A program made the position numbers and the translations under genes. The notes under the pieces are model-generated. The model saw only the letters and a list, made by a program, of their open reading frames with translations. It was not told the origin of the DNA and did not search any database. This document shows, piece after piece, positions 17,182 through 27,102 of a DNA stretch of 64,000 nucleotides (within the stretch, counting starts at the first letter, position 1; each line of letters starts with the position of its first letter). Origin of the DNA: a virus; IMG/VR virus record IMGVR_UViG_3300032401_001514, positions 32,001-96,000 of that record; one strand, 5' to 3'.

Positions 17182-19649
17182 TAACTACAACCGGACCATG
17201 GACATTCAGTGCAACGAACGCACCCCTCTTCATAAATTTTTTCAGAGGAACATGTTTCTGGGTTTTTACAAGCTATCTTACGTGACACATTATGTTTTTT
17301 CTCTTGTTCAGATCCGAGAATGTTCTTCGTAATTGGCTTAATAAGCGTATGTTGTTTTGTGGGCAATACGGTCTGAATAACAATCTCATTTTCATGTTTT
17401 GTATTTTCCGTTTTGGTGTATGACCTGAGTGCTTTAGCAATACTAACCGGGATAGAGTACAGATATTGCCCATCAACTTTTTCCAATTGTTTAGAGACGA
17501 ATTCAACCGGCACTCCATGACGCAAAGCTAAGCTTGCTAATCTAGAAGCCACTTCCAAAATTTGTATATCCTTCATATTACTGGCTACAGGAGCATTAAT
17601 AAATACTTCATATGGGTCATTAGTATCGGGGAAGAACGAAACTGTAATGTAAGCATTCTTTAATTCGGAATCTCCGGTATCAATTTTAATTTTGTGTGTT
17701 TGTGATTGTAGAGTCATTTGACGCTCTGGGACAATTCTATCATTGTCTTTAGTATCGCTTTCTGTCAATAGAACCCCGTCACGACTACCATCAACATATA
17801 CAGTAATGCCTTTCAATCCGTTTTTCCAGGCGTCCATATACAGCTTGCCGACCACTTCAGATTTTGTCCCTTTAGGAAGATTTATTGTTGAAGAGATCGA
17901 GTGGTCCAAGTATAGTTGTTCTACGCCTTGTAATCTAACTCTTGCGTTTGCATCAATCTGATCTGATGTCACAAAATAATCAGGAAGATTGCTATCATTT
18001 TCGTTTTGAAACTTCTTTTTATAAGCTTCAACATTAGGATGATAAATTTTATACTCTTGCCATTTATCACCCACGACATCTATGAAATCAACTCTTACAT
18101 TTTGATCATTTGGATTTATCTTTTTTCTTCTAATCAAAAAATTTCTGAAAACAGGTTCTACTCCAGAGGATGTATAAAATCTATTAAATTGTCCAACCTT
18201 GCTAATTGCTGATACTGACCCTGTAGGCGCCTGAGTTAAAATAGATATATTTCTGCGACCATGTTCGCTTATGTCTTTTTGTATTTTTTTAGGAAGTCTT
18301 TTAATAAATGGGCAGTTTTTTTCAATAGACCAATCAAAAGCGGGAAATGGGCCACGAATTTTTGCAAGGTCAACCGATTTAGAATATGCTGTATCTCTAA
18401 ATATAGAATATATCTTATCTATAATTTCAATAGATTCTTCACTGTCATATTTTATTTTAAGCTGAGCAAGAGCGTCTGCTAAAGCGTGTGTTCCTAATCC
18501 TGTTCTTCTACCTTGCTCTCCAGCATTTCTAAGCTTGTTCCACAATTTAGTTTCATGTTCGCTACCACAAGCTAATTTAATTTTGTCAATTAGCTCCAAC
18601 TCTATATCAACTAAATTGTCAATCATTTGCATAGCTGTACAAATATCTTCTTTGAATAAATCAAAATCAAATGAGACATCTTCTTCAAAGGCGTTGCGAA
18701 TATAACCAGTTAGGTTTAATGATATTAATCGGCAACTGTCATATGGCGAAAGGCAAATTTCTGAGCATGGATTTGTGCTTTGGCTTTTAAATTGTGGATA
18801 ATAATGTGCTGGCAAATTCTCAGTCATGCTATCCCACATGATCAATCCTGGCTCGGCTGTAGTTGTTGCGGATTCGATAATCTCATTCCATATTTGTTTA
18901 GCCGAAACCATTTTTCTAATTTTCGGTTCTCCTTCACATGGCCATCGTTGTTCATATAACGAATCAGTTTCTACCGCTTTTAAAAACTCATTACTTAAAC
19001 GAACAGATATATTAGCTCCCGTCACTTTAGTTTTATCATGTTTCATATTGATAAAATTTATAATATCTGGATGATGTACATCCAGTGTTATCATAAGTGC
19101 GCCTCTGCGAGAATTTTGCCCAATCATTCTTGTTATATATGAGAAAAAATCAGAAAAACTCCAGGCCCCACTAGTTGTGCGAGCGGCGTTATTTACCAAT
19201 GCTCCATCCGGACGAAGGGTGGATAGATCAATTCCTACACCAGCTCTTCGTTTCATTAACTGCGCTAAGTCAAGCCCAGACATTATAATGCCTTCTATAC
19301 TATCTATTGGGCTTTGTATCACTACACAATTTGAAGCGCTCATAATTTGATATGGATTGCCAACGGCCGACATAGGGCTGCCTTGTGGGACAATCCTAGC
19401 AAATTTATCCATGGCATTACGATATATCTTGAACCGCTCATCATAATTCAAACCATACTTTTCAGCGTCTATTCTGGCAAATTCAGATGCTAAACGATCA
19501 TGCATATAATCTGGTGTTGGTTCCAGAATATTTAAGTCATTATCGCGCAAAGCATATTTGCTTAGGAATACACTTGTGGTATATTCTGCGCCATTAAAAT
19601 ACTCTAAAGACTGATTCCACGCTTCATCAAAAGAAAAAACTTTAGTCAT
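17181..19649 (-). CDS. nrdJ: Class II (B12-dependent) ribonucleotide reductase
   Basis: PQGSP, SNC, TNPCSE, RRTGLG, APTGS, DHSISSTINL, C-terminal TSCPD-like domain and CxxC tail; no small subunit nearby. Confidence 0.9.
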   Translation of the reverse strand: MTKVFSFDEAWNQSLEYFNGAEYTTSVFLSKYALRDNDLNILEPTPDYMHDRLASEFARIDAEKYGLNYDERFKIYRNAMDKFARIVPQGSPMSAVGNPYQIMSASNCVVIQSPIDSIEGIIMSGLDLAQLMKRRAGVGIDLSTLRPDGALVNNAARTTSGAWSFSDFFSYITRMIGQNSRRGALMITLDVHHPDIINFINMKHDKTKVTGANISVRLSNEFLKAVETDSLYEQRWPCEGEPKIRKMVSAKQIWNEIIESATTTAEPGLIMWDSMTENLPAHYYPQFKSQSTNPCSEICLSPYDSCRLISLNLTGYIRNAFEEDVSFDFDLFKEDICTAMQMIDNLVDIELELIDKIKLACGSEHETKLWNKLRNAGEQGRRTGLGTHALADALAQLKIKYDSEESIEIIDKIYSIFRDTAYSKSVDLAKIRGPFPAFDWSIEKNCPFIKRLPKKIQKDISEHGRRNISILTQAPTGSVSAISKVGQFNRFYTSSGVEPVFRNFLIRRKKINPNDQNVRVDFIDVVGDKWQEYKIYHPNVEAYKKKFQNENDSNLPDYFVTSDQIDANARVRLQGVEQLYLDHSISSTINLPKGTKSEVVGKLYMDAWKNGLKGITVYVDGSRDGVLLTESDTKDNDRIVPERQMTLQSQTHKIKIDTGDSELKNAYITVSFFPDTNDPYEVFINAPVASNMKDIQILEVASRLASLALRHGVPVEFVSKQLEKVDGQYLYSIPVSIAKALRSYTKTENTKHENEIVIQTVLPTKQHTLIKPITKNILGSEQEKKHNVSRKIACKNPETCSSEKIYEEGCVRCTECPWSGCS

Positions 19650-19659
19650 TGCTATTCTA

Positions 19660-20310
19660 CTACTCTCTGATTGTTTGTAAATTGTTTCTTAAAATACTTT
19701 CAGCTTCGTCCAAAATTTTCATACATGCCGGTCTTGATATTTTCAATTGTTCTGAAATTTTACTGATTGATGAATTAGATTCGCTTCTAGTAAATTCGTG
19801 CTTCATCATTATTGCTTTTTTATGAATTTCAGGAAGATTGTCTATAGCCTCAATGACCTTTTTTCTTTTTTCAGAAATTTCAATATTTTGTTGTGGGTCA
19901 CGTAAATCCACTATTATTGGCATATTGCTAATTTTATAAGGCTGTAGCAGCTTTGCTTTTTTTAATGGATATCTGATAGTGCTGTGAGCGTTTGCGGCTC
20001 TCGATATTCTTGTTGAGATGTATTGGTGAGCCCATCCTACGAAATTGCCTTTGCTTGCATCAAAAGTTTTAAGAGCTTGAATTAAAGCTTCAAATCCATC
20101 TTGATTTAAATCTGGATAGTTAGAGTATTTTCTGTATTTATTTGTCCTCATTGTAATTAGAGGCTCTAATTTTTTCATACAATAATTTTGATAGTTAATA
20201 AACTCATTTTGAGTTTTGAAGTTTTTAGATTTTTCGGCTTTATTTTTTAATTTTATATATTCATTAGCCAAATCGTCTATCTCTTGTTGGGTAAGATTGT
20301 TAGCACTCAT
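19660..20310 (-). CDS. Sigma-70 family RNA polymerase sigma factor
   Basis: Region 2 DLNQDGFEAL..FD..KGNF..WA and region 4 LPEIHKKAI...SKISEQLKISRPAC. Confidence 0.85.
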   Translation of the reverse strand: MSANNLTQQEIDDLANEYIKLKNKAEKSKNFKTQNEFINYQNYCMKKLEPLITMRTNKYRKYSNYPDLNQDGFEALIQALKTFDASKGNFVGWAHQYISTRISRAANAHSTIRYPLKKAKLLQPYKISNMPIIVDLRDPQQNIEISEKRKKVIEAIDNLPEIHKKAIMMKHEFTRSESNSSISKISEQLKISRPACMKILDEAESILRNNLQTIRE

Positions 20311-20462
20311 GTATCTCCTTTTAAAGAATCTGCATCAGAATCGGGCTCGTCCTTAAGATCATCGATAATTGATTCGATAGTACATTTTATTATTTCAATA
20401 TCTTCGATATTTAATAAAACATTAAGAACTTTTATTAAATATTGATGATCAATTTTTTTCAT
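20307..20462 (-). CDS. Small acidic protein (51 aa)
   Basis: Manual translation MKKIDHQYLIKVLNVLLNIEDIEIIKCTIESIIDDLKDEPDSDADSLKGDT*; ATGA-coupled to the sigma gene. Confidence 0.6.
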   Translation of the reverse strand: MKKIDHQYLIKVLNVLLNIEDIEIIKCTIESIIDDLKDEPDSDADSLKGDT

Positions 20463-20742
20463 CTCTTAATTTCATTTGATGATAAGCTGTTTCGCCAACA
20501 ACATTGGCTCTTAGATTTTCATTTTTTCGCATTTCTCTACGAAGATTTACGCGATCTTCTTTAACCTTGGCTTTAAATTCCTGGTGCCCAAGTTCTACGC
20601 GCCCTGCTACTGGGGATATTAAACGTACCACTTTGCCTTTAGTGTTACATAATGGGCAAATATTAGGTGGATCAACTTTTATTGAATAAGAAGCTTCAAA
20701 TTCTTTATTACAGGCTTTACAGAGATGTTCATAGACGGGCAT
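20449..20742 (-). CDS. FmdB-family zinc-ribbon protein
   Basis: MPVYEHLCKAC..FE...CPLC...VRLIS. Confidence 0.85.
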   Translation of the reverse strand: MPVYEHLCKACNKEFEASYSIKVDPPNICPLCNTKGKVVRLISPVAGRVELGHQEFKAKVKEDRVNLRREMRKNENLRANVVGETAYHQMKLRDEKN

Positions 20743-20743
20743 T

Positions 20744-20926
20744 TCATTCCTTTGAAATTATTAACTTTCTGTCAATAATTTTTAGTTCTATATCTTTGGT
20801 CCAATCTTTTTTAATTGATTTTTTAAAATCTTCATCGACAATTTCAAAAACTAAATATACTTCATCAGTATCTTTTATATATTCTACTCTGACGGCCTCT
20901 GCCACAATATGAAAATTATCGGACAT
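20744..20926 (-). CDS. Hypothetical protein
   Basis: 60-aa ORF directly after dnaB. Confidence 0.65.
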   Translation of the reverse strand: MSDNFHIVAEAVRVEYIKDTDEVYLVFEIVDEDFKKSIKKDWTKDIELKIIDRKLIISKE

Positions 20927-22372
20927 TTATTCTCCAGATATTATATTGCTTATTATATCTGCCATATCCAGTGATATATCATCTCTTGAACTAAGGTAAT
21001 TAGACATGCCTCTATCTCCTTCGCAATTATAAGGCTTGTCTGTAATACGAGAATGAGCGAAATTCTTAGTAACAGAATGTGTTCCTACCTGCCCGTCTCT
21101 GTTCTTTATTATATGATAAGCTAAATCCGGCCTTTCTTTTTCGCCCTTTCTATTTGCGATTTGAATAACAATAGAAGCGTGATGGGCAATTAAAGCGGAT
21201 CTGCCAATCCTATGTAATCCAATATCATCCTCGTCAGTCTTATCTTTAAATTTTTTATCAGACTTATTTAATTGAACGGCAGTTAATATCGGAATTTGAT
21301 GGGTTCTAGCAAACTCATGAACCCGGCCCGTTAATTCGCCTAACTTTAACCAATCTTGCTGATCCGCTCCATCTTGATTAATGTTGTCCATTAATCCTAA
21401 ATAATCAATAACAATAACGTCTGGCCTGTATCTAGATTTAGCTTCTTGGTAATGTAGTTCTAATTCATCTGTAGTAAAACCACGAGCCACATCTATAATA
21501 TCAAATTCATGTGGGTATCTTTCCATGAATTTAAGAGACCTGGCCATAGATTTAGCTTCTAATGCATTTAATTTAGAGTCTCTAATGCCATAGGACGGAA
21601 TGTCTGCTATTTGTGATATGGTCCTTCTGAAACAATCTTGATAAGGCATTTCTAAACTGAAATACATAACATTGTAACCAGTAGTAAGTTCTTCTTGAGG
21701 AGTATCTATCGTATTATTTTGCATCCACATATTAATTGCCATGTTGTTTAACATCATGCTTTTACCATTACCAGTTTCTCCGCACACTATTAATAAATCT
21801 GCTGGACGCAATCCGTTCTTCAAAAAATCAAGACAAGAATAACCTGTTAAAATTCCCTTTCCTAATTCTGGGTTTTTAAATTTAGCTGTGTACTCCTTCT
21901 TAAATTCAGGGACATATTGACGAAGTGTTTTCTTTTCAAAAGAACGCTCCTTGCTTAAAGAGCGAATATCTGCCATTGTTGTTTCAATGGAGTTTATATG
22001 CTGTCCTACATCGTTTGTAATTTCTTCTGGTAGAGTAGATCTTAAATTACCAATAATATTTTGAACATATCTGGTTTTTAGTTTTTCTATATCAAAATTA
22101 TAATCTGATTCATCGTATGTAAAATCAGATGTATATTCCCAATACCTATCAATTTCTTCTGATAAATTTCTATTCCTTGAAAAATCTATTAAAGAATCTT
22201 TTGTTGGTTTGCTTCTATAAATCTTTACATAATCAATCATGCAATTAATTATTTGTTTATTTACTGGATCAAGAAACAGTTTAGAACTATGTAAGTAGGC
22301 AAAATCCATGGCCAAACGTTGATGATCTATAATGGCCTTCATAATACGCATTTCTAAATCTAATTTGCTCAT
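20927..22372 (-). CDS. dnaB: DnaB-like replicative helicase
   Basis: GETGNGKS, FSLEM, VIVIDYLGL, AVQLN, IIKNRDG. Confidence 0.92.
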   Translation of the reverse strand: MSKLDLEMRIMKAIIDHQRLAMDFAYLHSSKLFLDPVNKQIINCMIDYVKIYRSKPTKDSLIDFSRNRNLSEEIDRYWEYTSDFTYDESDYNFDIEKLKTRYVQNIIGNLRSTLPEEITNDVGQHINSIETTMADIRSLSKERSFEKKTLRQYVPEFKKEYTAKFKNPELGKGILTGYSCLDFLKNGLRPADLLIVCGETGNGKSMMLNNMAINMWMQNNTIDTPQEELTTGYNVMYFSLEMPYQDCFRRTISQIADIPSYGIRDSKLNALEAKSMARSLKFMERYPHEFDIIDVARGFTTDELELHYQEAKSRYRPDVIVIDYLGLMDNINQDGADQQDWLKLGELTGRVHEFARTHQIPILTAVQLNKSDKKFKDKTDEDDIGLHRIGRSALIAHHASIVIQIANRKGEKERPDLAYHIIKNRDGQVGTHSVTKNFAHSRITDKPYNCEGDRGMSNYLSSRDDISLDMADIISNIISGE

Positions 22373-23082
22373 TAAAACTTCCTTTCGGCCTGACCAATTT
22401 TTCTATGATCATTGCCAAGAACAATAATCGTATTCACCTCATTCATAAGGCTCGAAATACTTTCTTTGATTGTTCCGTGAAACGCATCTGTCAAGCTTTG
22501 CGAATTGGTACACATAAATGTTGGCAAGCAATTTTGAGAGCGTGTTCTAAATATGTCCTCAACAATTCTGCCAAAGAAATCAGAGGCCGTATCTGTATTA
22601 CCCATGTATCTTGGATCAAACTCATCAATAACCAAAAAATCAACAGATATTAATTCATTTCTAACCTCATAACGTTCGTTGGATGTAGAGGCGGATACGA
22701 TATCAGTTAACGTTACATAAAGAGCCGAAAATCCTTTTTCTACCGCACGTTTAAGAATGTTTGAACAAACCGTAGTTTTTCCACATCCGAAAGAACCAGC
22801 AAAACAAAGTCCTGCGCCTTTTTGATAAGTTTTCTTAAGATCCTTTACTACATTTTCATAATGTTTTTTCAATACATCATCTCCGGAAAAGTTATTCATC
22901 TCAAGCTCCCAATAACGCACCGGGATATTTGCTTCGCCGTATCTGGTAAAAGCTTTATTTAATGTAATGCAACGTTGGCATTTGATACTGCTTCCTTTAC
23001 ATTGCTCACATGAATTATAAACATTATATAAAATATCGTTTATTTTTTTTTCTGGTATATTTCTTAAAGCATTGCGACTCAT
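22372..23082 (-). CDS. DnaC/IstB-like AAA+ helicase loader
   Basis: N-terminal CxxC-x5-CxxC, Walker A GSFGCGKT, Walker B FLVIDEF. Confidence 0.85.
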   Translation of the reverse strand: MSRNALRNIPEKKINDILYNVYNSCEQCKGSSIKCQRCITLNKAFTRYGEANIPVRYWELEMNNFSGDDVLKKHYENVVKDLKKTYQKGAGLCFAGSFGCGKTTVCSNILKRAVEKGFSALYVTLTDIVSASTSNERYEVRNELISVDFLVIDEFDPRYMGNTDTASDFFGRIVEDIFRTRSQNCLPTFMCTNSQSLTDAFHGTIKESISSLMNEVNTIIVLGNDHRKIGQAERKF

Positions 23083-23088
23083 ATTGTC

Positions 23089-23544
23089 CTACTTCTTTAA
23101 TTTAAGAAAGCCGGGAGAATTATAATTAAGTGGATATTTTTTTAAAAACTGTGTTTTATTAAAATGTTTTTCTACATTTTTTCGTTCATTACTAATTCTA
23201 TCAAGATGAGCATCTGCTGTTTTTAAAGCGTGAAATTTAATTGACCCATCAGCTTGAACGTCTTTTGATGGTTTAATAGGATAGTTAAGTTGTTCTGCCT
23301 GAACACCTTTTATACTAACTGGTTCCTCTTCGTCTTCGTCTTCAGTTTCATATTCATTAATAGCTGCTTTTTCATCTAATATTTTGAATCCAACAACATA
23401 TTTTTCTTTAATACAGCTTGTTAAATCAGTATTAGGATCTCTAATTTCAATCCATTCATCACCCCATTCTTCTACAAATCCGCTTTCTGTTATAGCTCCT
23501 TCTAAAACAACAGTAACCATATTTCCGATTTTTGGATATTTCAT
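23089..23544 (-). CDS. Hypothetical protein
   Basis: 151-aa ORF with an Sm-like N-terminal beta pattern and acidic linker. Confidence 0.65.
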   Translation of the reverse strand: MKYPKIGNMVTVVLEGAITESGFVEEWGDEWIEIRDPNTDLTSCIKEKYVVGFKILDEKAAINEYETEDEDEEEPVSIKGVQAEQLNYPIKPSKDVQADGSIKFHALKTADAHLDRISNERKNVEKHFNKTQFLKKYPLNYNSPGFLKLKK

Positions 23545-24164
23545 TTTACTCCTTCAAGTGTTGATTCTTCGAATCCTAATGATCTTAGATGTAAGAACAG
23601 TTTGCGATATGGCGCTCGTGACTCGCTATCTGGCGCTTGGTCTAAAGCTTTTTTGATAAAAGCTAACTCCCCATACGTATTAACATTTATTCCAATCGAT
23701 TCGGCTAATGATTTGTATTCATCAGGAAGGACGGAGCTACGGGTTATTTGGTTGTTCTTCTCTCGTTCAAAATAAAATTCATTTCCTATCCCGGATATCA
23801 TAAAATAAGCAAGAGTTCTTATGTTTTTTTTCTGAGGGATAATCTTCTTATCGTAAATCCAGTCAACATATTCTTTAATGATATGCATATTAGTAGTGCC
23901 CAACATAGCCATCATGTTATTAGTTAAACGAACATCTGGACTTTTAGAAGGCGCGTTTTTTATGGTTACAGAAAATTTTCTGCCATAATGTTGCTGAAAT
24001 CTTTTACAGATATAAGCTAAAACATGCACATCTTTCCATTGGGATACTTTAAGAGTTTCTATCTCTTCAAATTTCTTAAAGAACTTTTGCCAAGGCTTGC
24101 TTAAAGCGGCCAATGGGTCGTTTGAATTTTCTGTTTGGTCTGACACTTTATTCACCAGGACCAA
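23541..24164 (-). CDS. Hypothetical protein in replication block
   Basis: 207-aa ORF (GTG start), ATGA-coupled downstream. Confidence 0.7.
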   Translation of the reverse strand: MVLVNKVSDQTENSNDPLAALSKPWQKFFKKFEEIETLKVSQWKDVHVLAYICKRFQQHYGRKFSVTIKNAPSKSPDVRLTNNMMAMLGTTNMHIIKEYVDWIYDKKIIPQKKNIRTLAYFMISGIGNEFYFEREKNNQITRSSVLPDEYKSLAESIGINVNTYGELAFIKKALDQAPDSESRAPYRKLFLHLRSLGFEESTLEGVK

Positions 24165-24186
24165 ACCAAACGAGGCTCGATTTTTC

Positions 24187-25707
24187 TCATTTCATTTCTT
24201 TAGATTTTATTACTTTAAATCCATCTTCGCTAGAATAAATATTATAACGTAGCACAGAATGCTTCTTTAAAAATTTTACCTGATCATAAAAATCTACAAT
24301 AGCAGCAAATTTTTTATTTTTGTAAGATCTAATAACCCTTCCTATTCTTTGCAAAGCTCTAATACTACTTTTGCCGCCGCTACATAAAACAAGACCATCA
24401 AGAATAGGAATATCAACGCCCAAATCAAAAATAGTGCTTGCTAAAATAACATCAATTTTTTTGTTACTAATTAATTCTTTTACTTCGGTTCTTCTTTCTA
24501 ACGAATCTGCTCCATATAACATTTCGCACTTAATGCCATTATCTTTCATAAGATCAAATAACTTTTGCCCATGTTTAATTTGTTTAAATAATACTAATGG
24601 AGTATAACCCTTCTCTAACAATTCTTTAACATTTTTTATTATAAGATTGTTTCTTGTGTTATTTTCTACAATGTAATTTTTGTATACAGTTTGATATGGA
24701 TCATCCGTTTTTATTTTTGGCACAGAAACAAATTTAATTATTGGTTGTGCTAAAAGCTTTTCATTTATTAATTTTGATGCGCTTATGTTAATTATTTGTT
24801 CTCCAAGAATACTGTTTATTAACAAATCTGTATTATCGTCTCTAAATGGTGTGCCGCTAAATCCATAAATATTTTCAAAATTAATAGTTTTATATATTGA
24901 TTTTATTGTATTTGTTGTTACAACATGGCTTTCGTCAAAAATATGAATTTTAGTATTTTGAAGCATTTTCAATATTTCATAAGTTTGATTTTGATCAGGT
25001 TTGGCTTCTTCTATATCATATTCATCATCTGTGATAATATCTTTTTTGTCCACTTTTAATGCAGCGCCAATTGTCCAAATGCTTGCAATATTTATCCTTT
25101 GTATATTACAAACGCCATTACCAATAAAACCAATAGGCTCATCGAATATGGATGAAAATAAATCATGAAACTGTTTTAATAAGTCAATGCCTATTACATA
25201 TATAATAGTTGGTTTATTAAATTTAGCTGTAATCATAGCTGTACATAATGTTTTTCCAGAACCAGTACAAGCCCTTATAATTCCTCTTTCGTTAGCACAA
25301 GCAGCTTCGACTATTTGTATTTGATGATTTCTTGGAGTTAAGTTTAATGACTTTAGTTTTTCATCAATATTTATACTGTTATCACTATTGTTATATTTAT
25401 CTCTATTATCTTTTTCGATAAAAACTATTTCTTTTTCATTTAAAAAACGTTTTACTTTAAAAAGCAATCCTGTATAAAAATATCCGTCATCTTTGATTAA
25501 ATATGTAATTCCGCTCCAACCATTTTTATATGCTGTTGTATATTCAACCCCAGCAATTTTATATGATAGTTCGGATTTTAATGAATTAAATAGTTTAGTA
25601 TCGCTGGTTATAAATTGACAAAATTTATTGTTGTGAATTATAATTTGGTTTTCTAAATCGTCTTGATTATTTATTACATTAATTTTTATTTTACGTTTTT
25701 TATTCAT
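24187..25707 (-). CDS. SF2 helicase (UvsW/XPB-like)
   Basis: TGSGKT, DESH, GFSGTP, FDLGVD, QRIGR. Confidence 0.9.
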   Translation of the reverse strand: MNKKRKIKINVINNQDDLENQIIIHNNKFCQFITSDTKLFNSLKSELSYKIAGVEYTTAYKNGWSGITYLIKDDGYFYTGLLFKVKRFLNEKEIVFIEKDNRDKYNNSDNSINIDEKLKSLNLTPRNHQIQIVEAACANERGIIRACTGSGKTLCTAMITAKFNKPTIIYVIGIDLLKQFHDLFSSIFDEPIGFIGNGVCNIQRINIASIWTIGAALKVDKKDIITDDEYDIEEAKPDQNQTYEILKMLQNTKIHIFDESHVVTTNTIKSIYKTINFENIYGFSGTPFRDDNTDLLINSILGEQIINISASKLINEKLLAQPIIKFVSVPKIKTDDPYQTVYKNYIVENNTRNNLIIKNVKELLEKGYTPLVLFKQIKHGQKLFDLMKDNGIKCEMLYGADSLERRTEVKELISNKKIDVILASTIFDLGVDIPILDGLVLCSGGKSSIRALQRIGRVIRSYKNKKFAAIVDFYDQVKFLKKHSVLRYNIYSSEDGFKVIKSKEMK

Positions 25708-25731
25708 ATTTGTGTCGCAAACAATGACACA

Positions 25732-27102
25732 CTATTTCTTTCTAAGATCTGTTACTCCGGAACCAAACACCTTGCTGAATTTAGAACTCTTCTTTTTAAT
25801 CTGTTGACGAATACGATCTGCCTCAGATGTAGCCTTCTCTGTTCCAGTATCAAGTGTTAGATTTAGATTGCGAGTATCCGCTCTATCTTTTGCCTTTGCG
25901 GCATCAGCTTGTGCTTCAGTCTTTAATTGTTTAACTCTAATGTCGGGCAATCCTAAACCCGAGAACATAGAGTAAACCTTAACAACATCCTCTTCTATAT
26001 CCGCAGTATAAATGCCTTTGAATACAGCTTCGGCATGCCCACAAACATCACGAATTAATTCCATAGCCAAATTAACACTGCCATTTGGTATTTCGCTCCA
26101 AACTTTTTTATTGGCTACAAAAAATACCCCGGCGTATCTCGTTTGTTTCAAATCAAATCCGCTAGCAAGCAAACCTGAATCCAAGTTATCTACAACTGAT
26201 TCGGCTAGCGCCATTGATTCTTGATAGTTAGCAATAGTCATTTCTCCATAAACGGATAATCCCTCGCCATCAATAAATAATTTCGCAAACTCCATTGAGT
26301 CCAAGCTCTTAACGGCCGAAGCTTCAGAAGAAAATCTATTAAATGCGTCAATTGGTTCAACGATTGCCTGATTACTTATGTTAAAGAAATCCATTATTCC
26401 AACGTCATTATATATGGATTCAATTTTAGCATTATCCACAACAATAAGGTTACTGATAGATTTGCTTTGTGTAAGTTTGGCTAACTTAGACAATGTATGA
26501 AGGGCATTGTTTTTTGTCTGTGTATCATCTGTGCTCATAGGGAGAACAGTAATAACAGTAACTGGCTTTCCTGTAGCAGTTAATACATCAATCATTGTTT
26601 CACACGAGCCAGCTCCTGATCCTCCGCCTAAGCTGAGACACAATAGAAATACTTGCGAGTCTCCAAGCTTATCGTGAACCAATTGATTAATACCGTCGCG
26701 ATGTTTTTCGGCAGCTTCGGCTCCAATGTCAATATCTTTTGCTGCACCGCCAATGCCATGCTCTAATAAATATTTGTTATCTTCTGGAATTTTAATATGT
26801 TCTAAATCCTGAGAGGCAGTATTAAAACAAATGGAAGAATAACCTAAATTATAAAAAGACTCTGCCAATCTAGAGCCAGCCTGCCCCGTTCCTACTACAC
26901 CGAATTCAATACTTCGTTTCTTCTTCTGTATAATTTTTGGCGGCATGGCGTTTTCCTTTTGTTTGCTAGCGAGCTTTGCTCTTAGTTCTTGAAGCTTCTG
27001 TTGATCCACTTCGTCATCTTTTTGACTTACATCTTCGTTTGATATATCATCATGGATTTGCTTTTGTTCTTGTGTTATATCTTCGTTTTTTACACCACTC
27101 AT
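25732..27102 (-). CDS. Tubulin/FtsZ-family GTPase (PhuZ/TubZ-like)
   Basis: VVGTGQAGSRL, signature GGGSGAG, T7-like LDSMEF; ATG 27102 forms an ATGA overlap with the upstream stop and has an AAGGA RBS. Confidence 0.9.
   Translation of the reverse strand: MSGVKNEDITQEQKQIHDDISNEDVSQKDDEVDQQKLQELRAKLASKQKENAMPPKIIQKKKRSIEFGVVGTGQAGSRLAESFYNLGYSSICFNTASQDLEHIKIPEDNKYLLEHGIGGAAKDIDIGAEAAEKHRDGINQLVHDKLGDSQVFLLCLSLGGGSGAGSCETMIDVLTATGKPVTVITVLPMSTDDTQTKNNALHTLSKLAKLTQSKSISNLIVVDNAKIESIYNDVGIMDFFNISNQAIVEPIDAFNRFSSEASAVKSLDSMEFAKLFIDGEGLSVYGEMTIANYQESMALAESVVDNLDSGLLASGFDLKQTRYAGVFFVANKKVWSEIPNGSVNLAMELIRDVCGHAEAVFKGIYTADIEEDVVKVYSMFSGLGLPDIRVKQLKTEAQADAAKAKDRADTRNLNLTLDTGTEKATSEADRIRQQIKKKSSKFSKVFGSGVTDLRKK

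Noticed and set aside
14476-22372. Group I intron around the LAGLIDADG gene, or inteins in NrdJ/DnaB
   Set aside because: Flanking genes are complete and coupled to the endonuclease; NrdJ and DnaB have normal length and no intein termini
25711-25731. 6-bp hairpin between the tubulin stop and the helicase start
   Set aside because: Short stem, 9-nt loop and no U-tract; not enough to call a terminator or operator
25732-27102. Claim of a nucleus-forming (chimallin) phage
   Set aside because: Tubulin alone is insufficient and no chimallin-like gene was recognised in this window
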